Below, piece after piece: positions 17,698 through 26,700 of a stretch of DNA of 60,397 nucleotides; the first letter of the stretch is position 1; each line of letters begins with the position of its first letter. Source of the DNA: a virus. Lineage: Duplodnaviria > Caudoviricetes. Under the pieces are notes generated by a model, which worked only from the letters and a program-made list of their open reading frames with translations, did not search any database and was not told where the DNA came from. The stretch lies in the IMG/VR virus record IMGVR_UViG_3300038560_000015, positions 1 through 60,397 of that record. The stretch is one strand, 5' to 3'. A program made the position numbers and the translations under genes.

Positions 17698-17901
17698 TCA
17701 TGCGTCGCCCCGCTTCAATCGCTCGATCACTTCGCCGAGCGTCATGTTTTCATCGAGCGGCCCGTAACAGTCGTCGCAAGGCTTGGCCTTGGCGCGATGC
17801 TTGTTTCGAGCGCAACCTTTGCCAGCGCCGCGGCACGCCCACAGCCGGAATTCGCCCGACGCATCCTTGGCGAGAATTGTTTCGAGCTTCGGCTCGCTCA
17901 T
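17698..17901 (-). CDS. Cys-rich hypothetical protein
   Basis: ATGA coupling; PCDDC. Confidence 0.5.
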   Translation of the reverse strand: MSEPKLETILAKDASGEFRLWACRGAGKGCARNKHRAKAKPCDDCYGPLDENMTLGEVIERLKRGDA

Positions 17902-18019
17902 GTGTGCAACACGATCTCGCGCGGTCGTTGATCTTCCAAGCGCCGTTCACGTTCGATAGCAGGTCTCACGGCTTCCCGGGCGCGGGCCAGAATGTTTTCG
18001 ACCTCAGCCTGCGTGAGCT

Positions 18020-18427
18020 TCATGCGCCCGCTCCCGGCAGAAAGCACCTGATTTGCGTCACACCCTGATAGTCCTGATACGGCCACACCACGGCGGGACC
18101 GAACTTGTTCGGCTCCGTCACCACCGCATCCGGCGGCACATTGATCCATTGCTTGTTGAGCCGGACCCGATAGGTGGCGTTGCCCTTGTCGTCTTTCGGC
18201 CCGTTGGTGTCCCAATCGACATCCTCGATCGAGACGCCGTCCGCGAACGAACAACAGAGCCCCTTCCCTGACGCGAGCTGATCGAACCAAGCGTGCAGTT
18301 TGGGATCTTGCGCGGCGAAGTGACCATCGTCATGCGCGATAGCGGCGCGGGCGAAGAACGCCAGGAAGCCCAGCACCACGATGATGCCAGCCGTGAAGGC
18401 GAGCGTGAGAGCGCGGCGGGTCGTCAC
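18020..18427 (-). CDS. Secreted Cys-containing hypothetical protein
   Basis: Signal peptide ending AIA; WFDQL...CCSFADG...CFLPG. Confidence 0.7.
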   Translation of the reverse strand: MTTRRALTLAFTAGIIVVLGFLAFFARAAIAHDDGHFAAQDPKLHAWFDQLASGKGLCCSFADGVSIEDVDWDTNGPKDDKGNATYRVRLNKQWINVPPDAVVTEPNKFGPAVVWPYQDYQGVTQIRCFLPGAGA

Positions 18428-18428
18428 G

Positions 18429-19097
18429 TCACGGCTCGCGGAAGGCGATGGCGCCGGCCAGCGACCGCGGTCGCTCCCGAACCGCATGGCCGTCGTTGCC
18501 CGACAGCACGATCCACCGGCCGCGATCTTGTCCGACAATCCGGCCGACATGGTGCGGCCAGACGACAAGGGCGCCGACATGCGGCGACGTTGGACGTCCA
18601 TAATGCGCCCAATTGCGCGCGAGGTTATAGGAGCGGTCCGACACGCCGAGCAGATGGCGCATGTAGCAGCCGCACCACGGAATGCCGCGACAATCGCTTG
18701 GCCGGTAGCCGATGACGCGCGAGACGCCTTCGACGACATGCGAGGTCATGCCGACCGCGACGTTCTCAGCGGTATCGATCGCGCCCTGCGCGGCGCCAAA
18801 GGCCATTGAAAACGGCCCCGGCTCGAACGGTGTGAAGGCGGCATCGAGCGCGATGCGAGGCTGCGCAAATTTGCGCAGCCGATACGCGGCATAGCGATGA
18901 CCGCTCCGGCGGTGGGCAACGTAATGCCTCTCATGAACCGGCTGCTCATTCCGCCGCACCGATCGCAGCATGTGGATCAGGCCATGGCCGATCCCTTGCA
19001 CCATCGGATTGCCCGGATGGCGGACATGAGCTTGCGCCGGACCGGCGAAGATCGCCGCGAAAACGCAAAAGATCAGCGTCGAGACGAACGCTCGCAT
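18429..19097 (-). CDS. Secreted CHAP-like cysteine peptidase
   Basis: Signal peptide ending AQA; WCG...NLARNWAHYG...HHVG...SGND. Confidence 0.75.
   Translation of the reverse strand: MRAFVSTLIFCVFAAIFAGPAQAHVRHPGNPMVQGIGHGLIHMLRSVRRNEQPVHERHYVAHRRSGHRYAAYRLRKFAQPRIALDAAFTPFEPGPFSMAFGAAQGAIDTAENVAVGMTSHVVEGVSRVIGYRPSDCRGIPWCGCYMRHLLGVSDRSYNLARNWAHYGRPTSPHVGALVVWPHHVGRIVGQDRGRWIVLSGNDGHAVRERPRSLAGAIAFREP
18859..18880. repeat. Dispersed palindrome, 22-bp perfect copy
   Basis: GGCTGCGCAAATTTGCGCAGCC. Confidence 0.9.
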
Positions 19098-19205
19098 GAA
19101 TTATCCCCTCGATTGTGGACGGTTGTGGACAGGCCGTGCCGCTATTGGCGCGGAGTCTTTATCGCGCTAAGGTCGCACTCTTTCAAAAAAAGGAATGTAA
19201 TCGCC

Positions 19206-19403
19206 ATGACTGACGTCATCGAAGACCTGATCGAGCTAGCCAGAAAGCATTCCGGTGCCCAAAGTCTCGTTGAAGGGCTAAATCGCGCGATCGTGGAGAT
19301 TAGAGGGTCACGCGCAATGCTCGGAGACGTTCGCCGCAGCCTCGGCGTCGACGCCAAGGACCCAAAGCCGCCCGGCTTTCGCGGCGATTATTCGGACGCC
19401 TAG
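19206..19403 (+). CDS. Small counter-oriented hypothetical protein (moron-like)
   Basis: AAGGA RBS and AT-rich leader. Confidence 0.55.
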   Translation: MTDVIEDLIELARKHSGAQSLVEGLNRAIVEIRGSRAMLGDVRRSLGVDAKDPKPPGFRGDYSDA

Positions 19404-21040
19404 CCTACCGACCTCAACTTGCCGTCATCGTTCGCCGGCGTTTCGAGCCAGCTCGTGATTTCTTCAAGCAGGAAAGCAGCCGTCGGCGTGCAGGTGAACG
19501 TGCCGTTGGAGCATGTGACCGAATAAGTCGTCGATGATGTAGTCGCAGGATTATCCAGAATCCCAAATCCAAAGGGAAGATCGAGCGTGCCAGAAACTGG
19601 GTAGTTACCGCTGGAGTCCTGCGTCGCAATCGATGTTGATCCGCGCTTTAAGGTAGAGAGATTTGTATAGACCCCAGCGGATGAGCTATTGGTCCCCGCG
19701 TTATAGCCGGTGGCGATGACATGAACGAGATCAGTCGCATCGAACGGCGTGATCGAGGCGCCCATGCCGCTGTTGCCCGCCGGCTCGCCGGGCTTGTGAA
19801 CGCCAGGGCCGAATAATCGCACGGCCGTAATGCCGGTCCAGCCGGTCCCCGACGTCCACGTCGCCTCGATATAACCGAGACGGCGGACCGCCTTGGCACT
19901 CACGGCCGAGATATTGCAGTAGAGGTTCTGCGCGTTTGCGCCGCCGCCGGTGCCAGACTGGCTCGTCTGGTTGAGCGTCTCGTTAAGATCGAGGATATTG
20001 TTGCCGCTCACAGTATTGTAGACGCAGACCCCGAGCGTGCCTCCGTTATTGATCTCCCACACCCACAGCTTGCACAGCACGCCGGTGGCGCAGCCAAAGG
20101 AATCCGACGTCGCGCCGGTCGTGAAGCTCTGCGCCGCCTGCAGCGATACGATGACCGGATCGCCGTAGTAAAGATTGGCGGGGTCGGGGAACGAGAACAG
20201 GATCGGATTGGTCGAGGAGGCGTTGTTGCAGGTGTTGCTGCCGGAATTGGTGGTGCAGACCGCAACCGTCAATTCATCGGACGCGATCGAGGCGTTGAGT
20301 TGCAGATTGGTCGGCACCGTGAAGGCGAGCGCGGAATTGCCGAGCGCCGACGCGCCGATATTGAGGCCGACGGTGGAGAGGGCCGAGCCGTTGCCTTTGA
20401 GATAGCTGACGGGATACCAATTCGCCCCGGCATAAGCGAAGATGCCGATATCGGTTGCCGCGGTTGTATAATCAGCAAACGTCGGCGGATAAATATTGCC
20501 GCTGTTGGTCAGCGGCGTCGCCGAGTTGAACAGCACGATCTTGATCGACCCGACAGCACAATTCGTGCCGAACGAATTAATCGTTGTCGTTCCAGTAATC
20601 TGGACGAACGAGACGACGGTCGAGCCGGTGGTAGAGGGGCAAAGATTTGTCGTTGAGGCCGCCGTCAGGGAACCGACCTCGCCGCCGCCGAGGATCGGCA
20701 CCCAGATATGATTAACAATATCAAGATAGGCGACAGGCAGCCAATCCGTGCCGTCATAGATGTTGTAGGTATTCGGCGTGGTCGACGTATTGATCCAGCA
20801 ATTGCCGAGAGATGGCACGCCCGACAACTGATTGGTCGGCGCACTCGCACCGGAATTGCAGGTGTTGAGGCTGTCGAGCGCGGAATTATAATTGTTGGTG
20901 AGCGAAAGGCCGCTGACCGAGCCCGTGGTTGGCGACAGCAACGCATTCTGCGATGCCCGCGCCATATCGAGCGCCGGGCTGAATACAGTGAAGGCATAGA
21001 CGACAATAGCCGTCAGGCACGCCGTGAAGCGTCGCAGCAT
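19400..21040 (-). CDS. Tail-fibre-like protein with N-terminal signal peptide
   Basis: Ser/Thr/Gly-rich; N-domain NSG.SAP...W.NT...YDGTDW shared with 22770-23759. Confidence 0.7.
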   Translation of the reverse strand: MLRRFTACLTAIVVYAFTVFSPALDMARASQNALLSPTTGSVSGLSLTNNYNSALDSLNTCNSGASAPTNQLSGVPSLGNCWINTSTTPNTYNIYDGTDWLPVAYLDIVNHIWVPILGGGEVGSLTAASTTNLCPSTTGSTVVSFVQITGTTTINSFGTNCAVGSIKIVLFNSATPLTNSGNIYPPTFADYTTAATDIGIFAYAGANWYPVSYLKGNGSALSTVGLNIGASALGNSALAFTVPTNLQLNASIASDELTVAVCTTNSGSNTCNNASSTNPILFSFPDPANLYYGDPVIVSLQAAQSFTTGATSDSFGCATGVLCKLWVWEINNGGTLGVCVYNTVSGNNILDLNETLNQTSQSGTGGGANAQNLYCNISAVSAKAVRRLGYIEATWTSGTGWTGITAVRLFGPGVHKPGEPAGNSGMGASITPFDATDLVHVIATGYNAGTNSSSAGVYTNLSTLKRGSTSIATQDSSGNYPVSGTLDLPFGFGILDNPATTSSTTYSVTCSNGTFTCTPTAAFLLEEITSWLETPANDDGKLRSVG

Positions 21041-21080
21041 GGCAACCCCGTCGAGTGTCAGGAGGAAAGAGGGAGGAGTC

Positions 21081-21566
21081 TTACGAACGGCGATATTTGC
21101 CGATGAAGATCGTCACGTAGCCCTTGGCGCTCGGACCTTTTTTGATCGGCGGATCGAGCACGCCATTCGTCGCACTGCGAAGAGCGCCGATCGCCGTTTG
21201 CGCGGCGACCAAGTCGTCGCCGTTGACCTGCACATAGGCGCCGTAACCGAGGGGCCCGAGCGCGCGATCGAGCACGCTGTCGACGCCGGCTTGTTCGCAG
21301 GCATCGTCGATGTCGGCGGCGAGGTCGGAACAACCGGCATCGTTGCAAACGATGTCGAACTTGATGCCCTTCGGCAGCGTCTTGAGCACGGCGGCGAGTG
21401 CCACCTTTTGCGGATCGGTCAGATCGGGCCACGCATGCTTCGACGCATAGACGGTGGCCGCAACCTGCTCGATCTTCGGTGCCTTGAGCGTGACCGCACC
21501 GCCGGCAATCGCCGTTGCAATCGCTGCGGATAGCGCGTGATGCTTGACCATAGGATGTAACGGCAT
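21081..21566 (-). CDS. Hypothetical protein with hydrophobic N-terminus
   Basis: 161-aa ORF in the tail region. Confidence 0.6.
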   Translation of the reverse strand: MPLHPMVKHHALSAAIATAIAGGAVTLKAPKIEQVAATVYASKHAWPDLTDPQKVALAAVLKTLPKGIKFDIVCNDAGCSDLAADIDDACEQAGVDSVLDRALGPLGYGAYVQVNGDDLVAAQTAIGALRSATNGVLDPPIKKGPSAKGYVTIFIGKYRRS

Positions 21567-21569
21567 GAG

Positions 21570-21836
21570 CTAGACCTTCGGCTTGAGGGCTTCGATATCT
21601 TTAACGACGCTGTCGAGCGCGCCGGGCAGGTGCGCGGCAAACTTCGCGGCTTTCGGATCGCGGGTGCGTAATTTCAGGCCGCCGAGCACGTCGCCGACTT
21701 CGGTTCTCAGATCCGCGATCACCGCACCGACCAACGACGGATTTTGCATAAGCATATGCCGCGCCACGACCTCGGCAAAAATGCCGCGCACCAAGAGATC
21801 GGCCATGCTTGATTTTTCGCTGACGTCGCGCGGCAT
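21570..21836 (-). CDS. Hypothetical protein
   Basis: GAGG RBS. Confidence 0.5.
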   Translation of the reverse strand: MPRDVSEKSSMADLLVRGIFAEVVARHMLMQNPSLVGAVIADLRTEVGDVLGGLKLRTRDPKAAKFAAHLPGALDSVVKDIEALKPKV

Positions 21837-21858
21837 GCTTTGACCTCGAAAAAGTGTG

Positions 21859-22770
21859 TTAGCCGGTGTAACTGCCGGACGCGGTGAATTCCATGATCGT
21901 GTTCGACCCGCTGGTCGTCACTGTCGGCGATCCAGTCGTTGTGCCGCTATAATGCGCGGTCGGGACTGAAATAAAGACGACACCTTTGCCGCCGGCGCCG
22001 CTGCTGCCGGTATAACTGCCGCCGCCGCCCGCGCCGGTATTTGCTGTGCCGGCAGTCGCATTCCCGCTTGCCCCGGCGCCGCCGCCGCCAGTACCGCCGC
22101 TGCCCGGGGTAGTCGCGCTGGAGCCTCCGCCGCCGCCGGCATAAGTTACTGCACTGCCGGTGATGCTGGAGGAGAAACCATTCCCGCCGGTGCCCCCGAC
22201 GCCAGAGGCTGCATTCCCGCCAACGGCCCCCGCACCGCCGCCACCGCCGGCGCCGTTAGAGGCAGCACTGCCACCGGCATTGGCATCGCCGCCGGTGCAA
22301 GAGGAAGAACCGCCGGAGCCGGTGTTACCGCTGTTCTGGCCGCCACCGCCGCCGGAACCCCCACTGCCGCCATTCGTGCCGCTGGAAGCGTTCAGCCCGG
22401 GACCGCCAAAGCCACCTCCGGGCGCCGTGACCGTCGTGATACCCGAACCGGAGATGCTGGAGGAGCTGCCGGGATTCCCGGCAATTCCGGTTCCCGACAC
22501 ACTCGTTCCGCCAGGGCCGACGGTGACCGTGTACGTCGTACCTAGAACGGCAGTGAACGTGCTTGGGATAACGCAGCCCGCACCGCCGCCGCCCGCGCCG
22601 CCCTGTGTGCCGCTGCTGCCAGTGCCGCCGCTGGCGCCGCCGCCGATGACAAGATCGGTCGCGGTATAGCTGGTCGGCGACGTCGTCGGGTAGCGCCCGC
22701 TCGACGGAAACGCCCCGATCAGAAATCCGGCAAGAGCGACAATAAGCGCCGGAGCAAAAAGCCGGCGCAT
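21859..22770 (-). CDS. Glycine-rich-domain tail protein with signal peptide
   Basis: LVIGGGASGG...YTVTVGPGG...YAGGGGG...NTGAGGGG...GGKGVVFI. Confidence 0.8.
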   Translation of the reverse strand: MRRLFAPALIVALAGFLIGAFPSSGRYPTTSPTSYTATDLVIGGGASGGTGSSGTQGGAGGGGAGCVIPSTFTAVLGTTYTVTVGPGGTSVSGTGIAGNPGSSSSISGSGITTVTAPGGGFGGPGLNASSGTNGGSGGSGGGGGQNSGNTGSGGSSSCTGGDANAGGSAASNGAGGGGGAGAVGGNAASGVGGTGGNGFSSSITGSAVTYAGGGGGSSATTPGSGGTGGGGAGASGNATAGTANTGAGGGGSYTGSSGAGGKGVVFISVPTAHYSGTTTGSPTVTTSGSNTIMEFTASGSYTG

Positions 22771-23759
22771 CAGTTGATGCTCCACTGCGAGCCGGTGTAG
22801 GTGACCGAGACGCTCTGGTAGTTCGTGCTCATGACGTAGGTCGATGCGCCGTCGATGTTCCCTGAGTTCGGCGTGATCGTGATGCTATGGGTTGCCGCGG
22901 TCCCACCGCAGTCCTTGATCAGATAAGTGTCGCCGGTTGCCGGGCTTGCCGGCAGATTTTCAGTAGCCGCACCGCCGGAATTATCCGCGCAGACGAAGTA
23001 GTCCGTCGTCGCGCTGATGCTGTCGGTCGTACCCGTCGCGGTCCGCGACGCCACCTTGATGTGACCGGTGGCGTTGAGCGGCGTGAACGATCCCGCCGCC
23101 GGCGTGGTGCCGCCGATCGCGGGAGGCGATGCCGAATTCTGCGTCGCGAAGGTGCCAAGGCCGAGATTGGTCCGCGCGGTCGAAGCCGATGCCAGATCGG
23201 AAAGGTTGCTCGCCTCGGCGAGCGCGCCGATATTGTTCGCGGCCGTCGCCCCGGCAGAGGTGGCCCCGGTGCCGCCATTGCCAACGCCGAGCGTACTGGT
23301 GACGCCGCCGTTGCCGCTCGAGGAAAGACTGATCGCCGGAATATCGGCGCCGACCAGCGCCCGAAACGTCGGCGCCGCGGCGCTCCCCGACGACGGTCCG
23401 GCGAAGATCGTATTCGCGCTCGCCGTCGTGCCCCAAACCGGCGTCCATAAGAACGACGAGGTATTGAGCGTGCCGAACTCGACCCAGTGCGTGCCGTCAG
23501 GCGTATAGCTGAACACCCACGGATTCGATGTGGTGTTGATCCAGCACTCGCCGGCGAACGCGGCACCGCCGGTGCCGTTGGCCGGCGCGGCATTGCCCGC
23601 ATTGCACGATCCGATCGACAAGAACGCCGAGTTCAAGAATGACGCCAGCGTCGTCATCGGCAGCGGCGCACTCGGCGTCACCAGGCTCGACTGCGATGCC
23701 GCGCACGGCAGCACGGCCGCGAGCAACACCCATGTCGATATCAGCAGCCGCTTGAGCAT
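22770..23759 (-). CDS. Tail-fibre-like protein with signal peptide
   Basis: NLSDLASASTARTNLGLG fibre motif; C-terminal LPASPATGDTYLIKD...IDG domain. Confidence 0.75.
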   Translation of the reverse strand: MLKRLLISTWVLLAAVLPCAASQSSLVTPSAPLPMTTLASFLNSAFLSIGSCNAGNAAPANGTGGAAFAGECWINTTSNPWVFSYTPDGTHWVEFGTLNTSSFLWTPVWGTTASANTIFAGPSSGSAAAPTFRALVGADIPAISLSSSGNGGVTSTLGVGNGGTGATSAGATAANNIGALAEASNLSDLASASTARTNLGLGTFATQNSASPPAIGGTTPAAGSFTPLNATGHIKVASRTATGTTDSISATTDYFVCADNSGGAATENLPASPATGDTYLIKDCGGTAATHSITITPNSGNIDGASTYVMSTNYQSVSVTYTGSQWSIN

Positions 23760-26700
23760 CAGAAGCCCTCTGCGAACAGCGTGAGTTGCCGCGATACCAT
23801 CGCGCCGGAATTCCATACCGCAAACGTCACCGCCGAATTCGACAGCGCACTGATGATCAGATCGTCGCCGGCCTGGGCATTGGTGATGCCCCACGACATC
23901 GCCGGGAAGCCGCCGGGCGCCGAGCCGCCGTTGAACGGCGACGATGTTCCGGTCAGCGGCGCCGTCGAGGTGACGCCGGCCTGCCCGAAGGTGACCGTGG
24001 TCGCGGCCGATGCCGATGTGGTCAGCGGATACTGATCGATGCGCGGCGGGATCGTCGCGGTGATGGCGAATTCGAGGTTATAGCCCTCGGTATTCGGGTC
24101 CATCGTTTCGAGGAAGAACGCGAAGTTGAGGAACTGCGCCTGATAGGTGCCCGGTGCGAACTTCTGATAGGCACCCCAATTCGCCGCGGTGACATCGTAG
24201 AGGTCGGTGTACTGATAGAGGTCGCCGAGCGTGTAGAGATCGCCTTCCCCGGTTGCCGTCTCGATCAGCGGATATCCCGTCACGAAGGCCGCCGATGCCG
24301 AGCCCAAGATATCCGGCGTCTCGAGGATGTTGGCGATCGTCAGGATATCCTGCCCGACCGGCACACCGGTCGGCTGGTATTTGATCGAGATCGAGACGTT
24401 GGCGACATAGCCGACGTCGATGGTTGCACCCGACGGGAAATAGGTGCCGCCCGTCGTGCTTTCGCCACCATAGTTGAGGACATCGGCGACCGAGAAAACG
24501 ATCTCATCGCCGCTCGATACTCCCGGGCTCGCGACATTGCCCGAGAGCGTGACAGTGGCACCCGTGAGCGTCGCCGTGCTCGATTCGACTAGCGTTCCGC
24601 TGGGAATCGCGGACGGATTCGTCGTGTCGTTGACAGCCAATCCTGCGGCGACGCCGGGGAGGAAACTGATGATAAAGTTGGAATAGTTAGCCGAACCGGA
24701 ACCGCCGGTCGGTGCGAAGGTCTGCGCGGTCGAGGCGGCCTTATAACCAGTAAATATACCACGCGCCGTTCCGTAGTTGACGGGACCGGTAGACCACCCG
24801 GCGGGCTCGACAAGATTATCCGCGCCGCTCGTCAGCACGCTCATGTTTGCCATGAGCAGGCCAACCGTCAGCTCGTTGGTCGCGGCGGGGCTTCCGCCCG
24901 TGACGGTGGGCGAAGCACCGTTCGCCGAATTGATCGCCGTTACTGCGGCGTCGATTACAGTTCCGGAAGAAACCCCGGTGACATAGAACGCGACCAGCGT
25001 CATGTCGCCATTCACCTGCGGCGGCAGAGCGCTTTCATAGGTGATGGTCGATCCGGCCGGAAGGTCTTCCGACGCCGTCGCGGTCCAGACAGTGCACAGC
25101 GGATTTGATGATCCGCCTATCTGAGCGTGAGCGATCCCGGTATAGCCGTTGGTGCCGTCGCTGACGGTGCCGTAAGTTGTCCAGAACTGGCCGTTCGTGT
25201 TCGCATCGATCGTGCCGACGCAGATCGTCGCGCCTTTAGGAACAGTGGCGGTCGTTGTCAGGCTGACGCTGGTCGTCGTTCCACCTGCATTCGGCGCGGC
25301 CGCGCTGCCGAGGCTGGTGAATGCGGGAACCGGAAACGACGCAAAGCTCAGAACATTGCCGCCGGCGCTCGTTCCGGCATTGGTCGCCAGCTCTTCGAGG
25401 AACGGCGACGCCGCCAGAATATCGCCCGCGCCTCCCGTACGCAGCGCATTGAGCGTGGTATCGACGCCGATCGAGCCGGCGAACGTCCCCGGCCATTTCT
25501 CGGCCGCGAGATCGATCGTGAAGATCACATTCTGCGTGATCACCGCGCCGGCGATGGTGACGCTCTGCGGTTCCTCCGAATAGACCGACAGTCCCGATGT
25601 GGGTTGTGCGAAGGCCGATACCCAATAGGTGCCGTTACCCGGCACGGTAAACGGTGAAACGGCATCCGATGACAGTGTCGCGCCGGCCGCCCATGACGCG
25701 CCGACCCTTACCTCATAGGACGGACTACGGAAGTCGCTGACGTCGTCCCAGATGAGCTGCTCGAAGCCCGTGTTGACATTGAACACGGTGCGCAGGTTGG
25801 TGACGTTCGGCAAAGGCGATGCTAGCGCCGCGCCGGTGATGGTGTACGGATAGGCGGCACATTCCGATAGTTCCTGGACTCCGCCTTGATACTGATTGAA
25901 GCCCTGGAACTTGATATAGATCGTCGAACCGATCTGGTTCTGGTTGTAGGCGTATTTGAAGATGTTGCTGGCGAGCCATGCGAATGGCGTACCTACCGGA
26001 TGATCGACGATCTCGCTTTCGGTGCCGAACGCGCCCCGCACCAGATAGGTCAGATCGTAATTGTAGGGCGACGTCAGCGTCGCATCTTCATAGGACGCAA
26101 TCTCGCCGCCGACGTAGCACGCCATCGCCAGTGACAGCGCATCGTTGAGCGTACCGGATATTAGTGTGCCTTCGCTCTCCGACAGATTGACCGCGAGCGT
26201 ATTGGTCTGATCGATGGTCTGCCCGGTCGGATTGACCGAAACTGCCGGGAAATCCGCCGTGGTGACGCCCATCGTCGCCGCGCCGAGGATCTGGCCGGCC
26301 TTGGTGTAATTCTCGCCGTCAGTCGATATCCAGACGTTGCAGCCGCCCCAAGTGGCAGTATCTGCGCCGGACACCGCCGCCCACACTTCCAAGCCGCCGC
26401 CGAGCTCGTCAGTCGGCTCGAAGATGATCGGCGGATTGGCGTTGCCCGGCGAGCCGTTGAAGTTCGGCACAAACCCGGAATTGGCCTGGATGTTGTAGAG
26501 CGGCGCCGTCGCGGTGCCTAAGAATTCCTCCGCGGTGAACATAAGCGAGAAGTCTTCGTTCTCCTGAATCTCGGTAATCCGCACCGCCTGGTTGACGATG
26601 CCTTGGCCCGGATCGGAGACCTCGACGATGTCCATCACGTCGAGCAGGATGAATTGCTTGCCTGACGTCCACTGGAACGTGCGCGCGATCTGCTCGCGCG

